A stretch of DNA of 64,000 nt from assembly GCA_963706025.1 (NCBI GenBank), contig CAVPLM010000003.1:416001-480000 (forward strand). The letters run 5' to 3'. Below, one piece after another: positions 39,569-48,184 of this stretch; position 1 is the first letter of the stretch; each line of letters starts with the position of its first letter. The stretch comes from an uncultured Actinomycetes bacterium (lineage in GTDB: Bacteria; Actinomycetota; Thermoleophilia; RBG-16-64-13). The notes under the pieces were generated by a model that made no database searches, was not told the DNA's origin, and was given only the letters and a program-made list of their open reading frames with translations. The position numbers and the translations under genes were made by a program.

Positions 39569-39891
39569 GGGGCGAGATCCGTTGGGCGGAAATAAAAAAG
39601 AAAAAAGAAAACGAGCAGTCGGGGAGGCGTCCCGTCCTCATACTGAGCGCCGATGTCTTCAACGAGCGCTCGGGCACGGTGATTGGCGTTGACCTGACCA
39701 GCCAGGCTCCCCGGGCCGGTTTTCCCTTGACCCTCGAGCTGGATTCCGCGAAGCTGCCGAAAGTATCCTGGGTGAAGATCAGCCAGATACGGACACTGTC
39801 CACGGAACGCATCGGCCGCAAGATCGGGGCGGTTTCCCCGGAGGAACTGACGCAGGTCATGGAGGGTCTCAACGAAATCCTGGGGGCCTGA
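39553..39891 (+). CDS. PemK/MazF family toxin
   Basis: RGEIRWA..EQSGRRPVLILS..FN..LTS..SQIRTLS.ERI; A-rich anomaly at about 39590-39611. Confidence 0.82.
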   Translation: MARILRGEIRWAEIKKKKENEQSGRRPVLILSADVFNERSGTVIGVDLTSQAPRAGFPLTLELDSAKLPKVSWVKISQIRTLSTERIGRKIGAVSPEELTQVMEGLNEILGA

Positions 39892-40176
39892 CAAGCCGTT
39901 CATCGGAATCCTTACTCAGCAGCTGAATTAACAGATTGGTCTTATGGGACGCTTCGGAACAAGTCGCTGCGCAAAGTCGCCGACAATCAATCTAGCGCTT
40001 TTGAGGGGGCTGTCGGGGACATCCCGATGAGTTCGCTACCGGCAGACTGAGGGATTCGCGGTCGGATCCGCGCAAAGATGGTGGCCAGGTTGGTCGCCAG
40101 TCTCCAACCAAGGTCGCGTCTTCGCCCCGGGGCGCTTCCGGAGACTCCGCGAAGCCCCATTCCTCCTCCATAGCGC

Positions 40177-40205
40177 TTGACGTATAACGCGGCACGTTAT
40201 AGGAT
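40177..40205 (+). promoter_or_regulatory. higBA promoter with operator
   Basis: TTGACG-17-TAGGAT overlapping palindrome TATAACG-N5-CGTTATA; TTG start 6 nt after the -10. Confidence 0.7.
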
Positions 40206-40211
40206 GACAAC

Positions 40212-40490
40212 TTGATCAAGACGATCGCCGACGCCGAGACCGAAAAGGTGTTCCGTCGCGAGTTCTCGCAGAGGCTGCCCGGCGACATCCAATCGGTCGC
40301 ATTGCGAAAGCTGCGGATGTTGACAACGCGCATCCGGTCAACGACTTCGCAGTCCCCCGGCCAACCGGCTTGAGAAGCTGACCGGACGGCGCGAAGGCCA
40401 ATACAGCATCCGCATCAACGACCAATGGCGGGAGTGCTTCGCGTGGCACGCGGCGATCCGATCGACGTCCAGATCGTGGACTACCACTGA
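40212..40490 (+). pseudogene. higB: HigB (RelE-like killer) toxin, frameshifted
   Basis: MIKTIAD.ETEKVF..ALRKLRML / PANRLEKL.G.REGQYSIRINDQWR / IVDYH in shifting frames. Confidence 0.82.
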
Positions 40491-40503
40491 GAGAAGGGTG
40501 ACC

Positions 40504-40829
40504 TTGGCCACAAAGAAACTCGTTGCCCGTCCACCCGGGCGAAGTGCTCTTGGAGGCGTTCCTCAAGCCCTCCGTGGTCAGCCAGACGGCTGCTCCACGG
40601 CGTGCCCCCGCGTCGGATCAACGAGATCGTTCTGGGCAAGCGTCGTGTGACGGCCGAGACTGCGCTCCGGCTTGCGCGCTATTTCGACACCACGCCGCAG
40701 TTCTGGCTGGGTCTCCAGGCCGACTACGACCTCGATGTTGCGGCGGACGCGCTCGGCGAACGCCTGGATCTTGAGGTTCAGGACACGGGCCGCGGTGATC
40801 TAGCCCAGGGGCCGGCGCGTTGGCTCTGA
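40504..40829 (+). pseudogene. higA: HigA antitoxin, disrupted
   Basis: PVHPGEVLLEAFLKP / VPPRRINEIVLGKRRVTAETALRLARYFDTTPQFWLGLQADYDL. Confidence 0.85.
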
Positions 40830-40960
40830 TGATCGCATGGAGCCGCTCGCCTACGGCGCGATCCGATCCCGACATTGCGCCGATGTTCGCAAGTACCTCG
40901 GCCTCGCATGGAAGGCTTCCTCGAGCCGGCTTCCCGGCCTGCTTCGTCGACTCATCGCCT
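40800..40960 (-). pseudogene. DUF1801/YdhG-like fragment
   Basis: EAEVLANIGAMSGSDRAVGERLHAIIRANAPA resembles the family N-terminus. Confidence 0.5.
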
Positions 40961-41184
40961 GCCTTGTTCGCGGCCACAGAGAGTCGCACCTAGCGTGTGT
41001 GGCCTGGGGGCTAACGCGCGGTCCGGCGCGAACCCTCGATTGGTTCGGCAACCGCATGACCTCGTGGCTGGTTCCGCCTACCCTAGCAACTGTCAGGCCG
41101 CACGGGCGAGGGTGACCGATGGTCACGGGCCATCATAACGGATCCGAGTCCACGAGTTCGCGCGTTAGAACCGCTTGTCCAATC

Positions 41185-41224
41185 TGCATCAATCGTACAT
41201 ACTAATACATACGATTCTGATGCA
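41185..41224 (+). promoter_or_regulatory. vapBC operator inverted repeat
   Basis: TGCATC-AATCGTA ... TACGATT-CT-GATGCA directly upstream of the vapB RBS. Confidence 0.65.
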
Positions 41225-41235
41225 GGAGAAGAGAC

Positions 41236-41427
41236 GTGAGAACAACATTGAACATCGACGAGGAACTCCTCGACCAGGCATCCAAGATGACCGGGGTACG
41301 TGAGAAGACGACGTTGGTCAGGCTCGGGCTGGAAGCGCTCATCGCACGCGAAAGCGCGAAGAAACTGGCCAAGCTGGGGGGCACGGAGAAGCAGCTGAAG
41401 GATGTGCCGAGGCCTCGAAACTCCTAG
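41236..41427 (+). CDS. vapB: VapB family antitoxin
   Basis: MRTTLNIDEELL..TG..EKT.LVR.GLEALI. Confidence 0.85.
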   Translation: MRTTLNIDEELLDQASKMTGVREKTTLVRLGLEALIARESAKKLAKLGGTEKQLKDVPRPRNS

Positions 41428-41802
41428 ATGGTTCTGGGCGACTGATCGGTCTGGATTTCTCATTTGCCGAACAGGCCCATCAAGGAGCTGGCTGAGCTAC
41501 TCAATGCCGGAGAGGTAGTCTGTCACCCATTTGTCATCGGCGAATTGGCCTGCGACAACCTCGCGAACAGAACCACCATCATCTCGCTGCTGGAAGCTCT
41601 GCCGCTGGCTTCTGCGGCGACCCCTGAGGAGGTACTGATCTTCATTGAAGCCCAGCACCTCATGGGCAAGGGATTGGGCTACATAGACGTTCACCTGCTC
41701 GCTGCCGCTCTTCTGAACGGGGTCTCTCTCTGGACTCTGGATCTGAGACTGGACAAAGCCGCCGGGCGGCTCGACTGCAGATACAGGTCTGCGGGGATCT
41801 GA
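41428..41802 (+). pseudogene. vapC: VapC PIN toxin with premature TGA at codon 6
   Basis: ATG 41428: MVLGD*SVWISHL..HPFVIGELAC..GYIDVHLL..LWTLD. Confidence 0.82.
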
Positions 41803-41981
41803 CCACGGCGAAATAGGCGTCCCGTCCGCCGTTCCACCTGCGATGGGTGTCACTGTTGGCATTGTGAGGGCCAGGACCGGAGACGTGCGTCTAGAGCCGT
41901 TCCCCCACATATCCAGCGCCTGAATCTACTCCGTATGAGATCGTCGACAAGGCAGGGCTCACCTACCCCAGATATGGGGAG

Positions 41982-42236
41982 TCAGTAGTGGTGCCGCAGC
42001 TGGGCGATCAAGAGGGAGTCGCCCTCCACCTTGTATACGATACGGTGCTCGTCAGTGATGCGGCGCGACCAGTAACCAGACAGCGAGTGCTTCAATGGCT
42101 CCGGTTTGCCCGGCCCCTCGAAGGGGCTGCGTTGAATCTCCTTGACGAGTGTGTTGATTCTCTCGACGATCTTGCGATCGGTCCTCTGCCAATAGAGGTA
42201 GTCATCCCAGGCGTGCGCTGAGAAGACGATCCTCAC
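41982..42236 (-). CDS. yoeB: YoeB/Txe toxin
   Basis: AWDDYLYWQ..GKPEPLKH.LSGYWSRRITDEHRIVY; intact. Confidence 0.93.
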   Translation of the reverse strand: MRIVFSAHAWDDYLYWQRTDRKIVERINTLVKEIQRSPFEGPGKPEPLKHSLSGYWSRRITDEHRIVYKVEGDSLLIAQLRHHY

Positions 42237-42484
42237 TCGGTAAGCTCCCTCTCAGTCCCTCCGCCGGCCTCCAGTTCCATGATCGATTCGAGCAGGCGGC
42301 GCGCGCTCTTGGGGCTGCGCAAAAGGTAGGATGTCTCTTCGAGGGCCTCGTAGTCATCAAGAGAGATCATCACCACAGACGACGACGCCTTGCGCGTGAC
42401 GATGAGCGGCGCGTGATCCTCGCAAACGCGGTCCATCTCGCGGGCGAGATTGCTGCGAAGTCTCGTGTAAGGGATGGCGTCCAT
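42233..42484 (-). CDS. yefM: YefM/Phd antitoxin
   Basis: MDAIPYTRLRSNL..MDRV..DHAP.IVTR..SLDDYEALEETSYLLRSP; RBS GAGGAGG. Confidence 0.92.
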   Translation of the reverse strand: MDAIPYTRLRSNLAREMDRVCEDHAPLIVTRKASSSVVMISLDDYEALEETSYLLRSPKSARRLLESIMELEAGGGTERELTE

Positions 42485-42503
42485 GCCTATCCTCCTCGCT
42501 ATA

Positions 42504-42521
42504 TGTACGGCTAATTGTACA
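42504..42521 (-). promoter_or_regulatory. YefM operator (paired TGTAC cores)
   Basis: TGTACG (42504) and TGTACA (42516) 12 bp apart, as in the E. coli yefM-yoeB operator. Confidence 0.7.
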
Positions 42522-42836
42522 TGTGTGCGGCTGCTGAGACAAGAGCCTCGGCCCAAGCTGGCCACCCGCTCTGATCTCCTCGTCATAAGGGCGTTCGTCG
42601 AGACACGCCAGGATCGGCTCTCGTAATCGGTGACATGCGACCAACCGGCGTGGTGCGGCCGTGGTGCGAAGTCACGACGCCCCTCGAGTCCGCGGCGGAG
42701 TGCTTCCCCCGCGGTCCCGCGGCTCGTTTCCAAGGCGCTGCTTCATCGAGAGGCCTCGGTAGGTCGTCCGCCGGGCAACGGTCCGTCGGTTGCGGGCCCT
42801 GACCCTTAGCGAGCACGGCGTGTCACTTTGGACTCG

Positions 42837-42940
42837 ATGAAGGCCGCCGTCAACACACGCTGCGGACCGCCGGACTTTGCGGAGATCCGGGACGTGCCGA
42901 AACCTCGGCCAGGCCGGGGCGAGGTCTTGGTCAAGGTCCC
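42837..42940 (+). pseudogene. N-terminal fragment of an MDR/NAD(P)-dependent oxidoreductase
   Basis: MKAAVNTRCGPPD..EIRDVPKPRPG.GEVLVKV, after which similarity is lost. Confidence 0.6.
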
Positions 42941-43092
42941 CCCGACGCGGGCGATGTTCCTGTTACCCGGCGCGTGTCCGGTCCACCAACATCAGACCAA
43001 CGTCAGACCTGGGCCGCCTCTCGTCACTGCAAGATTGTTGTGTTGCATCGTTTCGAAGGTTTGGCCAGCGTATCTTTTAGGATACAATACGT

Positions 43093-43383
43093 ATGATCGA
43101 GATCGGACAGACTATGGAATTCGTTAGGTGGTTTGAAGGGCTGACGGATCGTCAGACTCGGGCTTGCGTCCTGGCCCGTGTTCGCCGGCTATCGCTTGGC
43201 AACTTCGGCGACACGGTGCCGGTTGGGGAGGGAGTGCTCGAGTTGAGGATCCATCACGGGCCGGGATACCGTGTCTACCTCGCAAGGATGGAGGCGCGGG
43301 TGGTCGTTCTTCTTGCCGGTGGTGTCAAGCGAACACAAGACAAGGACATTCGAAAGGCCAAGGAACTGGCTAAGGGATTGTGA
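43093..43383 (+). CDS. RelE/ParE-like addiction module killer (HI1419 type)
   Basis: F.RW..L.D..RVRRLSLGNFGD..VGEGV.ELRIHHGPGYRVY..LLAGG.K.TQ.KDI. Confidence 0.88.
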   Translation: MIEIGQTMEFVRWFEGLTDRQTRACVLARVRRLSLGNFGDTVPVGEGVLELRIHHGPGYRVYLARMEARVVVLLAGGVKRTQDKDIRKAKELAKGL

Positions 43384-43393
43384 GGAGGGCACG

Positions 43394-43680
43394 ATGGCGA
43401 GAACAAGAACTCGTCTCTGGGATGCAGCAGAGTACCTTGAAACGGACGAGGATATCTTGGCTTACCTGGACACGCGTTGGAAGAGGGTGACGCGGCTCTG
43501 TTCGCAGCTGCTTGAGGAGACGTCGCGCGGGCGAAAGGCATGCAAGAGATCGCTCGGGAAACAGGACTAGGACGCGAGAGCCTTTACAAGGCGCTTTCTC
43601 CGAACGGAAACCGGGAGTTTGCCACGGTCTTGAAGGGTGTTGCGTTCGCTCGGCCTGAGCTGTACGCGGGAGTCAGGTAG
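43394..43680 (+). pseudogene. Addiction module antidote (HI1420 type), frameshifted
   Basis: WDAAEYLETDEDILAYL / ARAKGM.EIARETGLGRESLYKALS.NGN..F.TV. Confidence 0.8.
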
Positions 43681-43739
43681 ATCGCGTGGATCCGCCTTCT
43701 TACCAACGATCTAAAGGAGTGGCCACGAAAGAAAAGTCC

Positions 43740-44068
43740 TGCAAGATTCTGTACGGCCGAATGGAGCTTATTCGGTTTGAGGTATGTAGTAAGGTTAGGG
43801 GGTTTTCTCCGGGGTATCGACACGGACGTTCCCAGGGAGGCGGACCGGACCTGAACGTCGTCGACTCGTGTGGATCGGGCTCGAATACTTCGCGGACGGG
43901 CCGAACGCCGAGTTCTTTGCCGGAGCCATAGAGGCCACTGCGGAGCTTGCGGTGCCCACTATCAGCCGGTACGAGGTGTTCAAGCGCGTCCTCCAGCAAC
44001 GGGGTGAGAGTGCGTCTCTACATTCGATCGCGATAAAGAAGCAGGGTCCATGCAATCTCGGACCTTGA
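43740..44068 (+). pseudogene. Remnant AbrB/MazE antitoxin plus VapC fragment
   Basis: GIDTDVPREADRT* overlapping LNVVDSCG..EYFADGPNAEFFAGAIE..VPTISRYEVFKRVLQQRGE. Confidence 0.65.
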
Positions 44069-44096
44069 AGAGCTGCTTTGCACTTCTCCCGAATCC

Positions 44097-44825
44097 CTAG
44101 ATCGATAAGCGTTTGTGCGTCGGCCCCTGCGACGTCGGCCATGAATGAAGCAACGGTAAGTCGGGCGCCACGCCGCTGTTCGGCGCTGAGCCCCTCAGGA
44201 AGCTCGCTATCGACGACTTGAGTTGCCCGAATATCCTTTCATCGGTCACGCCGAAGTGCAGCATATTGGTTGGGCCGAAGAACACCAGTCTGCCATGCAT
44301 CACGGACGCATACATGGCGTAGGCCATGCCGATGGCCTCATCTGGGTCCGGATGTCCGATCTCCTCCCGATGCGCGGCGAGCACCGCGGCCAGGGCGCGC
44401 CTACGCTCCTGGTTGATCTGCTCCCCTTTCCGGCGCATCACCGGATCGAAGGCCGATAGCATCATGAAGGCCCGGGACAACTCGCGTTCGCTCAGCACGT
44501 GCTCTACGAGGATGCCGAATCCGTGATCGACCGCTTCCTCCAGAGACTCCTCGACTTGCGCCTGGGCTTCCAGCGCGGCCAGGATGGACGGCTCCAGGCG
44601 GTCGTGTAGGCGCGCCTGGACCGTGTGCAGCAGTGCGGTCTTACCGGGGAAGCGGGAATAGAAGGCCCCGACGGAGAGGCCGGTGCGGTCGAGCACGCTC
44701 TGGATAGTGAACAGGTCCAGCTCTTCTTCGCGGAGCTGGTCCTCTGCCGCCGCCAGCATTCTCTCCAGAGACGCGTGCCCCGGTCTACGGCGAGGAGGGT
44801 GATATGTGCTCTGTTCTCGTTCCAT
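44097..44825 (-). CDS. TetR/AcrR family regulator
   Basis: [36 protein letters not shown]. Confidence 0.9.
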   Translation of the reverse strand: MEREQSTYHPPRRRPGHASLERMLAAAEDQLREEELDLFTIQSVLDRTGLSVGAFYSRFPGKTALLHTVQARLHDRLEPSILAALEAQAQVEESLEEAVDHGFGILVEHVLSERELSRAFMMLSAFDPVMRRKGEQINQERRRALAAVLAAHREEIGHPDPDEAIGMAYAMYASVMHGRLVFFGPTNMLHFGVTDERIFGQLKSSIASFLRGSAPNSGVAPDLPLLHSWPTSQGPTHKRLSI

Positions 44826-44855
44826 GAGGCAAGTATAGACCATTCCAACCCGTTA

Positions 44856-44909
44856 GAAGAATCCTAGTTCTGTTATCCTTGCAATATGATAACAGAATCG
44901 TTATTCTGT
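44856..44909. promoter_or_regulatory. TetR operator candidates in divergent intergenic region
   Basis: Palindrome ACAGAAT-CGTT-ATTCTGT (44892-44909), IR TTCTGTTATC..GATAACAGAA, related half-degenerate copy AGAATCCTAGTTCTGT. Confidence 0.65.
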
Positions 44910-44998
44910 CAGAGGAACGAGGGGAAAGCGGCTCTCTTCTATCCGGGCAGTGGAGCGAGCGCTCCGTTGACAAGATGAGGATCTGGAGGAGGACAAGG

Positions 44999-46224
44999 AT
45001 GAAAAGATGCATAGCTCTACTGGCGATTATCGCAGTCGCGTCGGCCCTGGTGCTGGTAGCCTGCGGCTCGGAGCCGGAAGAGTCGACGACCACCGGAGCA
45101 CCGACCACCGGGGCGCCCACTACCGCGGCGCCTACGACAGGGGCACCGACGACCCAGGCGCCGTCGGGCGAGAAGGAGGTCCTCGGGGTATGCCTGCCGG
45201 CTCTGGACAACCCCTTGATGATCGAGATCCAGGATACCTTCGTGAAAACTTCGGAGAGACGTATGACGTTCAGGTCTCCAGCGCCGACGGCAACCCCAAC
45301 ACCCAGGCCAGTCAGGTCGAGAACTACACTGCCATGGGAGCCAAGTTCATCTGCGTCATGGCCGTCGAGGCGACGAGCCTGCTGCCCAAGCTCGAAGCTG
45401 CCCGCGAAGCGGGAGTCCTCGTCATGGTGATCGGCGGTGAGCCCGGCGAGTCGGGCCGCGACGCGGTCATGAAGATGGACCAGTTCCTTGCCGGCGAATA
45501 CTGCGCTTTCATGGGCAAGAGCTGGGTGGAGAAGACCTTCCCAGATGCCGCCCCGGGCTCGATCGAGACCGCGGTTCTCACGTCTTCACTGACCACCGAA
45601 TCGGTGCAGCGCTCCAACGGCTTGCTGATGATCAGTGAGCCCTACCTGAAGAACTCCGAGGGGGCGTACATCGACGCGAGTGGGACGCCCATCTCGGATG
45701 CCAAAGGGGCGTACGTAGCTGGTAAGTCGGACGCCGATAGGGTGGCGAACCCAGTCTTCTGCCCGGCCGTCAAGATCGTCCAGACGCCGCCGGCCGAGAT
45801 GTTCCAGGCCGGTCAGACCGCCATGCAGAACATCCTCACGACCAACCCGAACGTGCAGCTGGTCCTCGCCTATGCCTCCGACGGCGGCAATGGCGCCTCC
45901 CAGGCGATCATGGATGAATTCGGCAAGGGCTCCAGCAGTGTCGTGAAGGACCTGGCCAAGATGGCCGTCTTCGGCGTCGGGATGTTCGGCCCCGAGGGCG
46001 ACGCGATAGTCGCGTCCGGCCAGGGCAAAGGGGTCTTCCGGGGCGCGATCGCGTTCGGAGGCGGTGATCTGCCCGGCAAGACCGTCGGTATCGCTACCCT
46101 GATGCTTAACGGCGATGACTACCCGGAAGTCACTTGGGACGAACTCGCGCTGGCAACCCTCGTCGACGGGAAGCTCGTTATGAAGCCCATGGCCAACTCC
46201 GGCGTGGTCGTCATCTCGGAGTGA
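44999..46224 (+). CDS. Sugar ABC transporter substrate-binding lipoprotein (indel near 45250)
   Basis: Lipobox LVAC, TTGAP linker, PALDNP, then SADGN..Q..QVENY in the next frame. Confidence 0.85.
45087..45162 (+). repeat. 15-bp-period imperfect tandem repeat encoding (TTGAP)-like x4 linker
   Basis: TTGAPTTGAPTTAAPTTGAPTTQAP. Confidence 0.75.
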
Positions 46225-46294
46225 CCGAGCAGGGATGACCGCGGCGACCCGCGAATAGTGGCCTTGTAGGTCGAACCCCCTTACGGTCGGACCG

Positions 46295-46339
46295 CAGGGC
46301 GGGGGCCTCGGCGATCGTCGCCGAGCCGCCCCCGCCCTG
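46295..46339 (+). terminator. Strong intercistronic hairpin after SBP gene
   Basis: CAGGGCGGGGGC-CTCGGCGA..TCGCCGAG-CC-GCCCCCGCCCTG; no U-tract, so possibly an mRNA stabiliser. Confidence 0.55.
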
Positions 46340-46377
46340 GGTCCGGCTTGTCGGCCAAATCTTGGTGGATCGGGAGT

Positions 46378-47166
46378 ATGGAAGAAGACTACATCGTCGA
46401 GTTGAAGGGCATATCCAAGCGCTTCGGCGGCATACACGCCCTCAAGGACGTCGACCTCGAACTGAGGCGCGGCGAGATCATGGGGATCGTCGGCGACAAC
46501 GGTGCCGGCAAGTCCACCCTGATGAAGATCCTCTCCGGCGCCTACATCGCCGACGAGGGCGAGATCTGGGTGAACGGCAAGAAGGCCCACATCCGCGATC
46601 CGCAGGACTCGACCGACCTGGGGATCGGGATGATCTATCAGGACCTGGCTCTGTTCAACAACTTCGATGTGGCTAAGAACATCTTCGTCGGTAGGGAGTG
46701 CACCCGCGGCCCGTTCAACCTCGTGCTGGACAAGAAGCGGATGTACAAGCAGGCGGAGGACCTGATCCGGGAACTGAAGGTCGACATCAAGTCGCCGAGA
46801 CAGACGGTGTTGACCATGTCCGGCGGTCAGCGCCAGATGGTGGCTTGCGCGCGCGCCATCGCGTTCGAATCGAAGATCCTCATCATGGACGAGCCCACAG
46901 CCGCCCTGGGAGTGACCGAGGCCAACAAGCTGCTCAGCCTCATAAGGAATCTGGCTGACGGCGGGCTTTCGATCCTCCTGATAACCCAGCGCATCCCCGA
47001 CATACTGGCCATCGCCGACCGGGTCTTCGTGCTCAAGGGTGGCATGAGGCAGGGAGTCCTCAACGTCGGCGAGGTGTGTCTCGACGACGTCGTGACGATG
47101 ATCGTCAAAGGTAAAGACCGTTCCGAGTCCGAGCCGCCGAACGTCGAGTACAAGTCGTTCGGGTGA
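46378..47166 (+). CDS. Sugar ABC transporter ATP-binding protein (single domain)
   Basis: GDNGAGKST, MSGGQRQ, ILIMDEPTAALG. Confidence 0.93.
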   Translation: MEEDYIVELKGISKRFGGIHALKDVDLELRRGEIMGIVGDNGAGKSTLMKILSGAYIADEGEIWVNGKKAHIRDPQDSTDLGIGMIYQDLALFNNFDVAKNIFVGRECTRGPFNLVLDKKRMYKQAEDLIRELKVDIKSPRQTVLTMSGGQRQMVACARAIAFESKILIMDEPTAALGVTEANKLLSLIRNLADGGLSILLITQRIPDILAIADRVFVLKGGMRQGVLNVGEVCLDDVVTMIVKGKDRSESEPPNVEYKSFG

Positions 47167-47173
47167 GAGTGCG

Positions 47174-48178
47174 GTGAAAATGAATCAGGACCAGACTCCG
47201 GATCAGAAGAAGAACCCCTTCGCGCGGGCCGATCTAGGCGTGCTGAGGAAGTACGCGGTCTTCTTCGTCCTTCTCGGCTTGGTCGTGCTCTTTGCGATAG
47301 TCAACCCGCAGTTTCTCACTGTGCGCAACCTCACCAACATCGTCACCCAGAACACCTACTTCATCATCGTGGCTATCGGCCTTGCGTTCGTGCTCATCTC
47401 CGGAGGCATCGACCTCTCCGTCGGCTATCAGATGTCGCTGGTCGGCGTGATCATCGCCATGATGATGACGGAATATGGCCTGCCGGTATGGCTGGCGATC
47501 GTCACCGGCCTCGTTCTGGGAACGTTCTTGGGATTGATCAACGGGTTGATCGTGACTCGGATACGAACGTTCCCCCTGATCGTGACCCTGGCCACAGCCG
47601 TGATCTTCCAAGGCATCTCGTACATCGTGTCTCAGGCACGCACGTTCCGGGACTATCCGGAGTCGTTCCAGGCGATAACCAAGACCCGGATCTTCGGTAT
47701 CCCGCTGGACGTGTACCTGACCATAGTCGTCGTGCTGGTAGCCTCCTTCATCTTCTACCAGACGAAGTGGGGCACGAGGGTGGTCGGGCTCGGAGGCAAT
47801 GAGGAGGCCTTGCGGCTGTCCGGCGTCAACACCCGGCGCTTGAAGACCATCGTGTACACGACCTGCGGGTTCTTCACCGCCATCGCCACGATAGTCATGG
47901 TCTCCAAGGCCAACTCGATGCAATCGTCGTTCGGGCCGGGGACCGAGTTCACCGCTCTGACCGCGGCCATCGTCGGGGGCGTCAGCTTCCTCGGGGGCGA
48001 GGGGAACATACCCGCGCTGGTTGCCGGCGTGTTCGTACTGGCGGTGCTGGGCAACGGCATGCAGCTGGCCGGTTGGAGCACATATGCACAGTACATCGTC
48101 CGGGGCATCATCCTCCTGGCTGCTGTCGCCTTCGATGAGTACCAGAAGAACGCGAGACTCAAGACCAAGACGAGGTGA
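47174..48178 (+). CDS. Sugar ABC transporter permease (RbsC type)
   Basis: VLISGGIDLSVG, PLIVTLAT, GGNEEALRLSGVN, AAIVGGVSFLGG.G. Confidence 0.92.
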   Translation: MKMNQDQTPDQKKNPFARADLGVLRKYAVFFVLLGLVVLFAIVNPQFLTVRNLTNIVTQNTYFIIVAIGLAFVLISGGIDLSVGYQMSLVGVIIAMMMTEYGLPVWLAIVTGLVLGTFLGLINGLIVTRIRTFPLIVTLATAVIFQGISYIVSQARTFRDYPESFQAITKTRIFGIPLDVYLTIVVVLVASFIFYQTKWGTRVVGLGGNEEALRLSGVNTRRLKTIVYTTCGFFTAIATIVMVSKANSMQSSFGPGTEFTALTAAIVGGVSFLGGEGNIPALVAGVFVLAVLGNGMQLAGWSTYAQYIVRGIILLAAVAFDEYQKNARLKTKTR

Positions 48179-48184
48179 TACCCC

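Noticed and set aside
41443-41445. In-frame TGA in vapC as Sec/readthrough
   Set aside because: Aligns to the Thr of the D-T-S motif in a decaying toxin; a simple nonsense lesion is more likely
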